A DNA stretch of 64,000 nucleotides, taken from NCBI GenBank assembly GCA_965277805.1, contig OZ255842.1, positions 3,200,001-3,264,000 of the forward strand. Reading direction: 5' to 3'. The position numbers were made by a program, and so were the translations under genes. The DNA is from Candidatus Lustribacter sp. Lineage in GTDB: Bacteria; Vulcanimicrobiota; Vulcanimicrobiia; Vulcanimicrobiales; Vulcanimicrobiaceae. The notes beneath the pieces are model-generated. The model ran no database searches and had not been told where the DNA came from. It saw nothing but the letters and a program-made list of their open reading frames with translations. Shown piece by piece: positions 47,696 to 58,228 of this stretch (the stretch's first letter is position 1; each line of letters opens with the position of its first letter).

Positions 47696-50600
47696 CTAGT
47701 GCGCTCCTACCGGCTCCGGTTCCGCCGGCGGCTGCACGTGACCGTTGGGCCGCGGCCGCACGTGCGACTGCGGCAATTCCTTGGGCGCGAGCCACATATA
47801 CATGTTCGGGATCAGCAACAGCGTGAGGACGAGCGAACTGATCACGCCGCCGATGATCACGATGCCGAGGCTCGAGCGCGAACCCGAACCGGGATCGAGC
47901 GCGAGCGCGAGCGGCAGGTTTCCGAAAATGACCGAGAAGCTCGTCATCACGATCGGCCGGAAGCGCGTAAACGCACTCTGTTTGATGGCTTCGAGTTTGC
48001 CGTAGCCGCGCGACCGCAGCGTGTTGGCGTAGTCGACCAGCAAGATGCCGTTCTTCGTGGCAATGCCGACGAGCAGAATGGTGCCGATCAGCGAGAACAG
48101 GTTCAGCGTGCGGTGCGTGAGCACCAGTGCCGTCATTGCCCCGACCGCCGCGACCGGAACCGAGAAGATGATGATGAACGGATCCCGATAGCTGTTGTAG
48201 AGCGCGACCATCAGCAAGAAGACGAGTAAGATCGAGAGGACGAGCGACGAGCCGAGTCCGCGCAAAGTCTGGTTCATGAAGTCTTGCTGTCCCAGCGGGG
48301 CCGGCTTGACCGTGATGTTCGGCGGCAAGTGCAGCGAGGGCAGGCCGCGGACGAACGCGCTTTGTACGTTCGAGAGCGACGATCCCGGTGCGAAATTCGC
48401 ATCGACGTGGATCACGTTCAGCCGGTCGGTGCGCGTCACCAGGGGTGACGTCGGCGTCGAACTGAACGTCGCGAAATCGCTCAGATGGACGATCGAACCG
48501 TTCTGCGAGCGAATCGGCACCTCGCCGAGCGACTGCAGCGCCGTTTGGTCGCTGAGCGGGTAGATCACCTGTACTTGTTCGAGACCCGCGGGCGTTTCGA
48601 ACTGCGTTGCAACGTCGCCGCCGAACGCGGCGCCCGCAGCTTGGGCTGCGGAGCCGAGGCTCACGTCAAGCGCTTGCATTTTCTGCCGGTTGAACTCGAT
48701 CGAGACTTCGGGCGCGAGCGACGTGCCCGAACTGTTCACGCTGGTGGCGCCCGGGGTGCTCTTGAGCAACGCCAGCACTTTGGTGGCATACGGCGTTGGA
48801 TCGCCGCCGGTGATATCGGAGACGATGAAGTCGATCGGCTGTTTGTTTCCACCCGTTTGGCCGGTCGACGGAACGACGACGGTATTGGCGTCGGGCGCCG
48901 CGCGATGCGCGACCGCCGTTAACTTCGGCACCCAGTCGGCCGTGCTGAACTTACGGTCGTCTTTGAGAAAGATCGTCAGCTGCGCGACGTTGCTCTGCAC
49001 GACGAATCCGCCGAACGCGGCCGAATAACCGCCGGCCGTCGTCGCTTCGGCGTCGACGTCGCTCTGCCGATCGACGGCATGTGCGACCTTGAACGCGGCA
49101 TCGCGCACGTGCGCGAGCGGCGTGCCGATCGGATAGGTGAGCTGCATGAAGATCTGGCCGCGATCGGTCGTCGGAATGTACTCTTCGCCGACGATCCCGA
49201 GCGGCACGAGCGCTGCGGCGATGCCGAACGTCACCGCGCAGAAGGCCGCGACCAGCACGCCGTTGTTCAAGCCCCACGGGAGCGCGCGATGAGCGTACCA
49301 GTCGCGCACGTTGTCGAAGCCGGTGGTGAACCAATCGATGAAGGCCGGGGGCTTCCAATGCGACTTCAGCGCCCAGAGGCCCGCCAGCGTCGGCGTCACG
49401 GTGAACGAGACGAAGAGCGAGGTGAGCGTCGAGATCACGACCACGATCGCAAACTCGACCAGCTGCCGCCCGACTTGACCGCCGATGAACGCGATCGGAA
49501 AGAACACCACCACGTCGACGAACGTGATCACGATCGCCGCCGCGCCGATTTCCGCGCGGCCTTCGATCGCCGCGTTCTCGGGCGTCTGGTGCAGTTCGGT
49601 AAAATGCCGTTCGATGTTCTCGAGCACAACCGTCGAGTCGTCGACGAGAATTCCGATAACCAGCGACATCGCCAGCAGCGAAATCGTGTCGAGCGTGAAG
49701 CCGAGCACCTTCATCGCCGAAAACGCGATCGCCAGCGACGTTGGGATCGACACGCACACGACCAGCGCGTTGCGCCACGAACGCAGGAAGAACACCATCG
49801 CGATGGCGGTCAGCGCCACCGCTTCCAGCAACGTGCGGATGACGAGATCGATCTGCTGCTCGGTGAACCGCGACTGGACGTTGATGATCTTGAACTCGAT
49901 TGCCGGAAACTGCTCCTTGATCAACGGCAGCGCGGAGAGCACCGCGTTTGCGGCGTCGACCTCGCTCGCATCGGAGGCTTTCTGGATTTGCAGAAAGAGG
50001 CCGGGGCGTCCCGAGATCTGCGCGTAAACCTGGCGGGGCTCGTAGCCCGAGATGACGTTCGCCACGTCCTCGATGCGGCGCACGGCATTGCTCGCCGTCC
50101 ACGTATCCACGCTGCCCGGCAAACCGTTCAGCCCGCTGGAATACGTCGCGGTCGCGCCCGGCGTCGATCCCGACGCCGCCGCCGACGAACCGCCCGCGGC
50201 TTGCTGAATCGGCAGCTGCGCAACGGTTGCGATATTCTGGATGTCGCCGCGAACGTCGACCGTCGTCTGGCGGTTGGTTTCATAGACGGTCCCGCCCGGA
50301 ACGCGCGAGTTGTCGGCGCCGACCGTTGCGATCACGTCGTCGAGCGTCAAGCCCGAGGCCGCGAGCTTCGCCGGGTCGACGTTGATCTCGTAGGCAGGCG
50401 TCACGACGCCGCCGACGTTGGCATACGAAATGCCGGGCAGCTGTTCGAGTTTCGGCGCGATCACGTTCTGCGCGTAGAGCGAGAGCTCGCCCGGAGTGAG
50501 TTTCTGCGAATACATCGCCATCGTCACGACGGTCGATTCGCTGGGGTCGCGGATCGAAACGGTCGGCGGCGTGATGTTGGTCGGCAGCACCTTCTCGGCG

Positions 50601-50941
50601 GACTGCACGTCCTTGTTGACGAGCGCGAGATCGGTCGCGATATCGGAGGTAATCACGAAGGTGGCCTGGATCGAGGCTTGGCCTTGTTCCACCACCGAGC
50701 TGAACGTTTGCAAATCCGTCGTGCCGGCGAGGTACTGTTCGATCGGCGCTACGATGTTGTCGCGCATTTCGGTGACCGATGCGCCGTTGTACTGAACGGA
50801 AATCGTCACCGTCGGCTGATCGACGTTGGGAAAGAGCTGTTTGACGATCGTCATGACCGAGATGACGCCCGAGAGCGACATCAGCGCGATGAGGACGAAG
50901 ACCAGCGTGGGACGGGCGACGAACAGGCGGGTCAGGTTCAA
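47696..50941 (-). CDS. RND efflux permease (AcrB/MdtB-like)
   Basis: GILVDDSTVVLENI, TKNGILLVD, RFRPIVMT. Confidence 0.92.
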   Translation of the reverse strand: MNLTRLFVARPTLVFVLIALMSLSGVISVMTIVKQLFPNVDQPTVTISVQYNGASVTEMRDNIVAPIEQYLAGTTDLQTFSSVVEQGQASIQATFVITSDIATDLALVNKDVQSAEKVLPTNITPPTVSIRDPSESTVVTMAMYSQKLTPGELSLYAQNVIAPKLEQLPGISYANVGGVVTPAYEINVDPAKLAASGLTLDDVIATVGADNSRVPGGTVYETNRQTTVDVRGDIQNIATVAQLPIQQAAGGSSAAASGSTPGATATYSSGLNGLPGSVDTWTASNAVRRIEDVANVISGYEPRQVYAQISGRPGLFLQIQKASDASEVDAANAVLSALPLIKEQFPAIEFKIINVQSRFTEQQIDLVIRTLLEAVALTAIAMVFFLRSWRNALVVCVSIPTSLAIAFSAMKVLGFTLDTISLLAMSLVIGILVDDSTVVLENIERHFTELHQTPENAAIEGRAEIGAAAIVITFVDVVVFFPIAFIGGQVGRQLVEFAIVVVISTLTSLFVSFTVTPTLAGLWALKSHWKPPAFIDWFTTGFDNVRDWYAHRALPWGLNNGVLVAAFCAVTFGIAAALVPLGIVGEEYIPTTDRGQIFMQLTYPIGTPLAHVRDAAFKVAHAVDRQSDVDAEATTAGGYSAAFGGFVVQSNVAQLTIFLKDDRKFSTADWVPKLTAVAHRAAPDANTVVVPSTGQTGGNKQPIDFIVSDITGGDPTPYATKVLALLKSTPGATSVNSSGTSLAPEVSIEFNRQKMQALDVSLGSAAQAAGAAFGGDVATQFETPAGLEQVQVIYPLSDQTALQSLGEVPIRSQNGSIVHLSDFATFSSTPTSPLVTRTDRLNVIHVDANFAPGSSLSNVQSAFVRGLPSLHLPPNITVKPAPLGQQDFMNQTLRGLGSSLVLSILLVFLLMVALYNSYRDPFIIIFSVPVAAVGAMTALVLTHRTLNLFSLIGTILLVGIATKNGILLVDYANTLRSRGYGKLEAIKQSAFTRFRPIVMTSFSVIFGNLPLALALDPGSGSRSSLGIVIIGGVISSLVLTLLLIPNMYMWLAPKELPQSHVRPRPNGHVQPPAEPEPVGAH

Positions 50942-52215
50942 CGGACGGCAACCTTCTCGCCGTCGCCGATGCTCGTTTGGCCGTTGCTGACCACGCGCAC
51001 CCCGGGATCGATCCCACTGACGATCGAGGTGACGCCGTCATCGGCGACCTCGACGACCTTCACGGTCTTCACCGTGCCGTTCTGCACGACCATGATCGCA
51101 TCGTGATTGTCGTCGGTGAACGCGGTTTCCGGGACGCGGATCCCGTGCACGCCCGGCAGCTGCACGCTGCCCGAAACCGCCATACCGGGACGCAGCGAAC
51201 CGTCACCGTTCGGCAACACGACCTTCACCTGAAAGTCGGTCGAGCCCGGCACGATTTGGTTCAACACCCCGGCCACTTTGCCGGCGCGCTGCGAGCGCTT
51301 CGCGTCGGTGCTGAGGATCGTCGCCGGCGCGTTGGTCGCGATCTGCGCGATCTGCTGGCCCGAACCGCGCAGGATCGCGTAGATCGGATTGACTTGCTGC
51401 AGCGTGAAAATCTGCCGCGTGCCGGGATACTCGCCCGGATTGAGGTTGCGGTTGACGACCACGCCGTCGATCGGCGAGACGATCGTGGCTTTCGCAATCT
51501 GCACGCGCTCTTGGTTGGCGTTGGCCAGCGCGACGGCTTCCGTCGCCTGTGAGGCCTGCACGGTCGATGACTGCAAACCCGGCGCGTTCAACGACGAACC
51601 GTTCGCGGTAACGTTGGAGGCGGCGCTCGCGACCGCGGCTTGATCCGCGCGCAGCGTTTGCGCGTCGTCGTTGACGGTGGTTTGCTGCTGCGCCTCTTGC
51701 TGCTCGGCGACGTAGCCGTTCGAGAGCAATTGCTGGTAGCGGTGCAGGTCGGTCGTGTCGCGGGCGAGGTTCGCCTGCGCTTGGCGCACGGCGGTCTGCG
51801 CGGAACGCAGGGAGTCGACGCCCTGGGCGATCGACAGCGAACCGGCAAACGTGTTGTGGCTCGTCGCCGCGTGGTCGCTCTGCGCTTGCGCGAGGTCGGA
51901 CTGCAAGGCCGCGTTGAGATCGGCGGTATCGAGTTGCGCCAGCACCTCGCCACGGTGGACGACGTCGCCCTCGGCGACGTTGACGCTGTCGGCCGGTTCG
52001 GTGAGGGTCGATGAGATGGCGACGTTCTGGTACGGCGCGATGACGCCGGCGAGCTGCTCGCCCGGGACGATCGCGCCTTGGACGGCCACGGTCGTCTCGA
52101 CGTACGGGGCCTGCGCCACAATGGCCTTATGAGCGCTGCCGCACGCGGCGAGGGAGGCGCCGAGAACGCAGGCAGCGGCTGCTTGAGCGGCACGGCGATG
52201 AGAACGAGCGATCAT
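50938..52215 (-). CDS. RND periplasmic adaptor (MFP) lipoprotein
   Basis: Lipobox LAAC, V.EGD.V..GEVLA.LD, IVSPIDGVV, LRPGM. Confidence 0.9.
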   Translation of the reverse strand: MIARSHRRAAQAAAACVLGASLAACGSAHKAIVAQAPYVETTVAVQGAIVPGEQLAGVIAPYQNVAISSTLTEPADSVNVAEGDVVHRGEVLAQLDTADLNAALQSDLAQAQSDHAATSHNTFAGSLSIAQGVDSLRSAQTAVRQAQANLARDTTDLHRYQQLLSNGYVAEQQEAQQQTTVNDDAQTLRADQAAVASAASNVTANGSSLNAPGLQSSTVQASQATEAVALANANQERVQIAKATIVSPIDGVVVNRNLNPGEYPGTRQIFTLQQVNPIYAILRGSGQQIAQIATNAPATILSTDAKRSQRAGKVAGVLNQIVPGSTDFQVKVVLPNGDGSLRPGMAVSGSVQLPGVHGIRVPETAFTDDNHDAIMVVQNGTVKTVKVVEVADDGVTSIVSGIDPGVRVVSNGQTSIGDGEKVAVR

Positions 52216-52325
52216 GGTCTTCACGGCACCCATCAGTGTAGCCGCCGCCCCGGTTGACGATCCTTGAAAATTTCTTGGAAACGTGTGCACATTATCCCAG
52301 CAAAGCGTTAGATACTAAGCGAGCA

Positions 52326-53015
52326 ATGGAGAACATCGGCGCGCGCGTTCTGGTCGTCGACGACGAAGACGCCTTACGGGAAATGCTCGATTACGGGCTG
52401 CATCAAGCCGGCTTTTCGGTGCGCACGGTGGCGGACGGGGCGGAGATGCTGCGCGCGATCTCCGACTGGGCGCCGGAAGTGATCGTACTCGACGTGATGC
52501 TGCCTAACGTCGACGGTTTCACGCTCTTGCCGTCGGTCCGGCGGTTGACCGACGCGCCGATCATCATGCTCAGCGCGAAAACCGAAACGGCGCAGAAAGT
52601 CACCGGTCTCGCGCGCGGTGCCGACGACTACGTCGGCAAGCCGTTCGAACTCGAAGAGCTGATCGCGCGCTTGAATTCGGCATTACGGCGGCCGCGCATG
52701 GAATTGCGCGAAAAATTCCGCTACGCCGACGTAACGGTCGACGTCGGCCGGCGCTCGGTCTTTCGCGGCGGACGCCGCATCGATCTCTCGACGCGCGAAT
52801 TCGACTTGCTGTTGACGTTCGTGCGCAATCCCGAACAGGTCTTCACCCGCAGCATGCTGCTCGATCTGGTGTGGGGCGTGGATCGCGACGTAGTCCCAAA
52901 TACGGTGGAGACCTACATCTCCTACTTGCGAGCGAAAATCGACAGCAACGAACCGGTCAAGTTGATCCAGACGCTGCGCGGCGTCGGCTACGCGTTGCGC
53001 GCCATGGAGCGATGA
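52326..53015 (+). CDS. OmpR/MprA-family response regulator
   Basis: VVDDE, LDVMLP, GADDYVGKPF, winged helix ending TLRGVGY. Confidence 0.92.
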   Translation: MENIGARVLVVDDEDALREMLDYGLHQAGFSVRTVADGAEMLRAISDWAPEVIVLDVMLPNVDGFTLLPSVRRLTDAPIIMLSAKTETAQKVTGLARGADDYVGKPFELEELIARLNSALRRPRMELREKFRYADVTVDVGRRSVFRGGRRIDLSTREFDLLLTFVRNPEQVFTRSMLLDLVWGVDRDVVPNTVETYISYLRAKIDSNEPVKLIQTLRGVGYALRAMER

Positions 53016-54448
53016 GCGCTTCGCTCGAGCGGCGCCTAACCATCATCTCAGCCGTCGTCATCGGCGGCGGCTTCGTAGCGATCGTGATCGCGTTTACCCT
53101 CTTCGCGTTTTCGACTTACGTCAGCACGCTCAACCGCGACGTGCTCGACACGATCGTCGACGTGCAGAGCGTGTTGCAAAATGCCGGCGGCCCGCCGAGC
53201 GATGCGCGCGTGGCGGCGCGGCGGCTTTCGGCCCACTTCTTCAGCGACCAAATGCGCATCTCGCTGCTCGATCAGCACCGGCGCGTGGAGATCTACCGCC
53301 GCTCGGCAACGATGCCGTACGTCTTTAGCACGAGCGGCCGCAACGACGCGGTGCGCGAATACCCGATCGACACGTTCCCGGCGCGAACGGCGCTGGCGCT
53401 GGCCACGTTCTTCGGCTTGGTCCCGCAACGCACCACGGTCGGTCCCCTGCTCGTCGTCGTTCGGGTTCAGGAGACCGCGCTCGTGCACGACGTCGCGCAG
53501 CTGCTGCCGATGTTGTGCGTCGCACTGGTGTGCGCGGTTATCCTCGGGATCTTGCTCGGCCGCGTGCTGGTGCTGCAGGCGTTGCGCCCGCTCAACGATG
53601 TCACTGCGGCACTCGAGCGTTTTGCGGCCGGCGATTTGACCCCGCGCACCATTCCGGCGCACGCCGACCACCAGCTACAAGATCTGACGCGCGCCTACAA
53701 CGGCGCGATCGCGCAGGTTGAGCACGCCTTCGCCGAACGCGACGAAGCCCACGAATCGATGCGGCAGTTCATGTCGGACGCGGGGCATCAGTTGCGCACG
53801 CCGCTGACCGTGATTCGCGGCTTCATCGGCGTGCTGCTGCGCGGCGACCTGCGCAGCCCCGCCGATCACGCCGGGATCCTCACCACGATGAACGCGCAGT
53901 GCATGCTGATGGGCTCGCTGATCGAGAAGCTGATTCTGCTCGACGTGTGGCAGCACGAGCGCGGCTCGCAGCCTGAAGTGGTCGACGTCTCGCAACTGGT
54001 CGAAGACGTCGTTATGCCGATCGCTGAGGCTTCGCCCGGGCGCACGGTGGAACTCGACATCCGGCCCGGCGCGATGGCGCGCATCGACCCGATCGGCGCT
54101 TCGTACGCGTTGACCAACCTCGTCGATAACGCGATCAAGTACGCGCCCGAGAGCCCGATCGAGGTTACGCTCGATTACGACGAGCGCTTCATTCGCATCG
54201 CCGTCACCGATCACGGCGCCGGCATGTCGGAAGACGAGGCCCAGCACATCTTCGACCGCTTCTATCGCGGGCCGCTGCGCCGCGACGTGCCCGGGTCGGG
54301 CCTCGGCCTGCCCATCGCGCGCAGCGCGATCGAACGCGCCGGCGGCACGCTCGTGGTCGAGAGCCGGCCCGGCAGCGGCGCCCGCTTCATCATCCGCCTG
54401 CCCGTGGCACAGGTGCCGTCGATGAACGGAGCACGTGTGCCGGCCTAA
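53012..54448 (+). CDS. HAMP sensor histidine kinase
   Basis: Two TMs, DAGHQLRTPL H-box, NLVDNAIKY, D.G.G, GSGLGL. Confidence 0.92.
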   Translation: MSASLERRLTIISAVVIGGGFVAIVIAFTLFAFSTYVSTLNRDVLDTIVDVQSVLQNAGGPPSDARVAARRLSAHFFSDQMRISLLDQHRRVEIYRRSATMPYVFSTSGRNDAVREYPIDTFPARTALALATFFGLVPQRTTVGPLLVVVRVQETALVHDVAQLLPMLCVALVCAVILGILLGRVLVLQALRPLNDVTAALERFAAGDLTPRTIPAHADHQLQDLTRAYNGAIAQVEHAFAERDEAHESMRQFMSDAGHQLRTPLTVIRGFIGVLLRGDLRSPADHAGILTTMNAQCMLMGSLIEKLILLDVWQHERGSQPEVVDVSQLVEDVVMPIAEASPGRTVELDIRPGAMARIDPIGASYALTNLVDNAIKYAPESPIEVTLDYDERFIRIAVTDHGAGMSEDEAQHIFDRFYRGPLRRDVPGSGLGLPIARSAIERAGGTLVVESRPGSGARFIIRLPVAQVPSMNGARVPA

Positions 54449-54486
54449 ACGGCGCCGCCGCGCTTTTTCTGGGAATAGCTCCTCGC

Positions 54487-55656
54487 ATGGCGGGGCGCAA
54501 ATCCGGTACGTGGCAGATCATCGCTCCGCTCGTCCCGATCTACGGGATCACGCTGATCGACGTCTTCGGATACATGATCATGATCCCGCTCTTGCCGTAT
54601 CTGGCGCAGAAGTACGGCGCCAGCGGGGTCGAGGTCGGAGCGCTGCTGGCCACGATGGCCGTCGCGTCGACCGTGGCGGCACCGGTGTGGGGCGCACTCA
54701 GCGACCGCGTCGGCCGCAAACCCGTGGTCCTCATTTCGCAGTTCGTCTCGCTCGGCGGTTACGTCGCATTAGCGCTCGCACCAACGCTCGGGATGCTCTT
54801 CATCGCGCGCGGCATCGCCGGCATCGGCGGCGGCAACCTCGGCGTCACGCAATCCTATATCGCCGACGTCACGCCCGAGCGCTATCGCGATCGCGCGTAT
54901 GCGGCGTTCGGCGTGGTGTTCGGTTTGGGCATCGTCCTCGGCCCCGTGACCGGCGGATTCCTCGTGCACTTCGGCTACGGCGTATCGTTTCTCGCGGCGG
55001 CTTGCATCGAAGCGATCAACATCGTGTTGACGCTGCGCTTTCTGCCGCAAGTGAAGCGCAAACCCGGACAGCGCTTCAATCTGCAGCAAGCGATGCGCCA
55101 CGTGCTCGAGCGGCCGGCGGTGCGCAGTCTCGTGGTGCGGCACGGCCTGTTCATCTTCGCGGTAACCTACTTCTTCACGATCTTCGCGCTGTTCGTGCAG
55201 CGCATGCTGCACGGCGGTCCACAGCTCTCGAGCTGGCTGATCGCGGGCTGCGGCGCGGTCGGCGGCATCACGCTGGTGGCCGCGGTCGGGCCGCTCGCAA
55301 AACGGTACGGTGATGCGAAGGTCGCGCAAGCCGGCATCGCGCTCAGCATCATCGCTTATGCCGGGCTCGGCTTTGCGCACGATCTCTGGTCGTATTGCGC
55401 GGTGCTGGTCGTGTGGTCGGCCGGCGCGTCGTGCGTCGAACCGACGCTTTCGGCCCTGCTTTCCAAACGCGCGCCGGCAAGCGAACGCGGCGCAGCACTA
55501 GGCTTCAACGATGCGATCAGCAACCTCGCGCTGATGGCGGCGCCGGCGCTCGGCGGGTTCATCATCGACCGGAACATCGCCCTCATCGGCCTCGTGCCCG
55601 GGGCCGCGCTCATCGTCGCGTTTGTGCTCGGATCGTTCGACCGCAGCAGGGGCTGA
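54487..55656 (+). CDS. MFS transporter (TetA/DHA1-like)
   Basis: GALSDRVGRKPV motif A; 12-TM pattern. Confidence 0.87.
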   Translation: MAGRKSGTWQIIAPLVPIYGITLIDVFGYMIMIPLLPYLAQKYGASGVEVGALLATMAVASTVAAPVWGALSDRVGRKPVVLISQFVSLGGYVALALAPTLGMLFIARGIAGIGGGNLGVTQSYIADVTPERYRDRAYAAFGVVFGLGIVLGPVTGGFLVHFGYGVSFLAAACIEAINIVLTLRFLPQVKRKPGQRFNLQQAMRHVLERPAVRSLVVRHGLFIFAVTYFFTIFALFVQRMLHGGPQLSSWLIAGCGAVGGITLVAAVGPLAKRYGDAKVAQAGIALSIIAYAGLGFAHDLWSYCAVLVVWSAGASCVEPTLSALLSKRAPASERGAALGFNDAISNLALMAAPALGGFIIDRNIALIGLVPGAALIVAFVLGSFDRSRG

Positions 55657-55689
55657 TCGAAAGCCCGGCTTTCTGGGAACACGGGTGAG

Positions 55690-56712
55690 GTGAACGTTCC
55701 CTGGCGGCCCGCCGAGCTCTCGATCGCGGACGACGCACTGTACGGCGGGCTCGCCGATGCAGGCGGCGTGCCGCGCATCGGGCGCGCGGGCGAACACGAT
55801 CGCCTGCGCGCTGCCGGCGCCGCCGACCTTGCTTGGGGCCGCCTCTACGAGGGCCACGTCAACGCGCTCCAGCTCATCGCGCGCCTCGGCACGGCGCGCC
55901 AGCGGCAGCAGGCTGAAGACGACGTGATGCGCGGCTGCCTGTTCGGGGTCTGGAACACGCAGGCGGCGGACGGCGTGCACGTGGTGGACGTCGATGCCGG
56001 CGGTGTCACGATCGCGGGCCGCAAGACGTTTGCTTCCGGTGCCGGCCGCGTCGCGCGCGCGATCGTTACCATCGGTTGGCCCGACGGCTCGACGCAGCTC
56101 AGCATCATCCCGCTGGATCGCGTCGCGACGACCATCGATCGCTCGTTCTGGCACCCGTACGGCATGGAAGATTCCGACAGCTTCGCGATCGATTTCCGCG
56201 GCGTGCATTTGTCGTGCGAGGACCTGCTGGGCGGCCCGAACGACTACGAACGCAGCCCGTGGTTCACCGCCGGCGCATCGCGTTTCGTCGCCGTGCAAAC
56301 CGGCGGCATCGAGCAACTCACCGGCGACTTCGGCGCGTTCCTGCGACGGCGCGAAGTGCACGAAGATCCGATCCAGCTGACGCGCTTCGGCGAATGCGTG
56401 ATCGCCGCGCGAACGGCGCGCATGTGGACCGATGCCTGCGCCGAGTGCTGGATGCGCTACGACGCTGCGCCCGGCGATCTGACCGAAAGCACGTTGCTGA
56501 TCACGGTCGACGCGGCACGCACCGCCGTCGAGCGTGCCGCGCTCGACGTTGCCGAGCGGGTCGAACGCGGCGTGGGCGCGCGCGGGCTGCTCGAAACCGA
56601 ACCGTTTGCGCGCCGCTTACGCGACTTGCGGATGTATCTCCGTCAACCCGCGATCGACGACACGCTGCTGCGTGTCGCGCGGTCGTCGCTGACCCCGCGC
56701 GCGATCAGCTGA
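55690..56712 (+). CDS. Acyl-CoA dehydrogenase-like flavoprotein
   Basis: DLAWGRLYEGHVNAL, GRKTFASGA, W..GM..S.S, RDLRMYLRQ. Confidence 0.8.
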   Translation: MNVPWRPAELSIADDALYGGLADAGGVPRIGRAGEHDRLRAAGAADLAWGRLYEGHVNALQLIARLGTARQRQQAEDDVMRGCLFGVWNTQAADGVHVVDVDAGGVTIAGRKTFASGAGRVARAIVTIGWPDGSTQLSIIPLDRVATTIDRSFWHPYGMEDSDSFAIDFRGVHLSCEDLLGGPNDYERSPWFTAGASRFVAVQTGGIEQLTGDFGAFLRRREVHEDPIQLTRFGECVIAARTARMWTDACAECWMRYDAAPGDLTESTLLITVDAARTAVERAALDVAERVERGVGARGLLETEPFARRLRDLRMYLRQPAIDDTLLRVARSSLTPRAIS

Positions 56713-57668
56713 CGGAGGACGGCCGTGGCCTCGGCCGCGGGTACGCATGCCGGATGTTCGCTCGGCGGGCCGACGTCTTCACCGCGCAGGCGCGCAACCG
56801 TAATCTCCGGATCCTCGACGCGCAACTGACGATAGAGCTCGCCCTGCTCGTGCCAGAGACGGATGCGCGCGCCGAAACCGCCTGCCGCGCGCGACTGAAA
56901 ACGCGCCGACGTCGCCACACGGACGCGCAGGCTATGGCGGATGCGCGCGCCGATGCGATCGAGCGCATCGTAGAGCGCGATGTCTTCAAGCGCGCGCACA
57001 GGCGGAACGCCGCCGGCCGCATTGTAGGCGCTTAAGCGAACGGCGAGGCTGGGACCCGAACGCTGCCAGTGCCGCGGCCACGGATCGTACGGTCGCGGAT
57101 CCAATTGCGTCTTGAGTTGCGCGATGGTCAGGTGATAGCGATCTTCTTCCAGCAGCATGTTGCGCGTCGCTTCCGGCAGCGCGCGCCAATCGGCGGGGTC
57201 GACCTGGATGCGGCCGGTGACGACGTCGACGTGTTCCATCTCGCGCAACGTCCACGCGAGCCACGTCGGTGACGGAACGCTGTCGGCGTCGGTCGCGGCC
57301 AAAATGGCATCCGGCAGGCCGGCTGCGGCGAAGCGCGCGGCGGCGGCGTTCATCGCGGTACGGCGCGCCGTTCCGATGTGCGCAACGTTCGGCGGCAGGG
57401 ACTCCTCGGCAACGTAGATCGCGTGCTCGGGATGGCGGCGAGCGGCGGCGCGAACGGCCTCGGCGGTATCGTCGAAGCAGTTGTTGGCATACACGAGCAC
57501 GTCGAACGTTGCGGGCGCGAGGCGCGAGCCGTCGGTGTCGCGCTGACCGGCCAGCGCATCGAGCGTCCGGCCGATGAACGCGGCCTCGTCGCGCGCCGGG
57601 ATCACGACCGTGATCCGGCACGCCGGGTGCGGCGCGGGCAGGGTGGCAAACGGATCGAGGGCGATCAC
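56643..57668 (-). CDS. Glycosyltransferase family 2
   Basis: VIPARDEA, NNCFDDT, TDADS, LED, V.TSAR. Confidence 0.87.
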   Translation of the reverse strand: MIALDPFATLPAPHPACRITVVIPARDEAAFIGRTLDALAGQRDTDGSRLAPATFDVLVYANNCFDDTAEAVRAAARRHPEHAIYVAEESLPPNVAHIGTARRTAMNAAAARFAAAGLPDAILAATDADSVPSPTWLAWTLREMEHVDVVTGRIQVDPADWRALPEATRNMLLEEDRYHLTIAQLKTQLDPRPYDPWPRHWQRSGPSLAVRLSAYNAAGGVPPVRALEDIALYDALDRIGARIRHSLRVRVATSARFQSRAAGGFGARIRLWHEQGELYRQLRVEDPEITVARLRGEDVGPPSEHPACVPAAEATAVLRQLIARGVSDDRATRSSVSSIAG

Positions 57669-58228
57669 TTGCGTACGAGCAGGTCGAGGCGGTACCGTTC
57701 GGCGCGAAAATGCTCCTTCGCTTCGAAGCGCCGGTCGGCCAGGAACGCCTCGTGTACGGCGTCCCCTTCGCGGACGTAGTCGTCGACGTGCGGTAAGAAA
57801 TGGACGAGCAGCAGCTCACCCTCCGGCAAGAGGCGATCGGCGATCGTATCGCGGGCGCGCGCGAGATCCGCGTCCGACCAGTAGTAGCCGACTTCGCAGC
57901 ACGTGATGAGATCAAACATCGACGGCGAGCACTGCTCGGGAAACGCCGCGCGCACGACGCGGACGTGCGGCTGGTGCGCACAGCGCACGCGCGCGCTGCG
58001 GATCGCGAGTTCGCTGATGTCGACCGCGATCAGTTCGTCGCAGCGGCGTGCGAGCCGTTCGGTGAAGACGCCGATCGAACAGCCGATCTCGAGCACGCGC
58101 CCGTAATGCGGCGCCAGCACCGAGAGCGAGCGATCGTATTTTTCGCGTTCGTACGGGCTGCTGGCGAACGCCCACGGATCGTCGGCTTCGGCGTAGATCG
58201 ATTCGAAGTACTCGCGACTGAGCGACAT
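57665..58228 (-). CDS. SAM-dependent methyltransferase (NodS-like)
   Basis: DPW....YEREKY, LEIGCSIG, VDIS, EVGYY. Confidence 0.87.
   Translation of the reverse strand: MSLSREYFESIYAEADDPWAFASSPYEREKYDRSLSVLAPHYGRVLEIGCSIGVFTERLARRCDELIAVDISELAIRSARVRCAHQPHVRVVRAAFPEQCSPSMFDLITCCEVGYYWSDADLARARDTIADRLLPEGELLLVHFLPHVDDYVREGDAVHEAFLADRRFEAKEHFRAERYRLDLLVRK

Noticed and set aside
49079-51106. Long alternative ORFs (also 35406..37535, 6507..8216, 14156..15775)
   Set aside because: Stop-poor antisense frames expected in high-GC coding DNA
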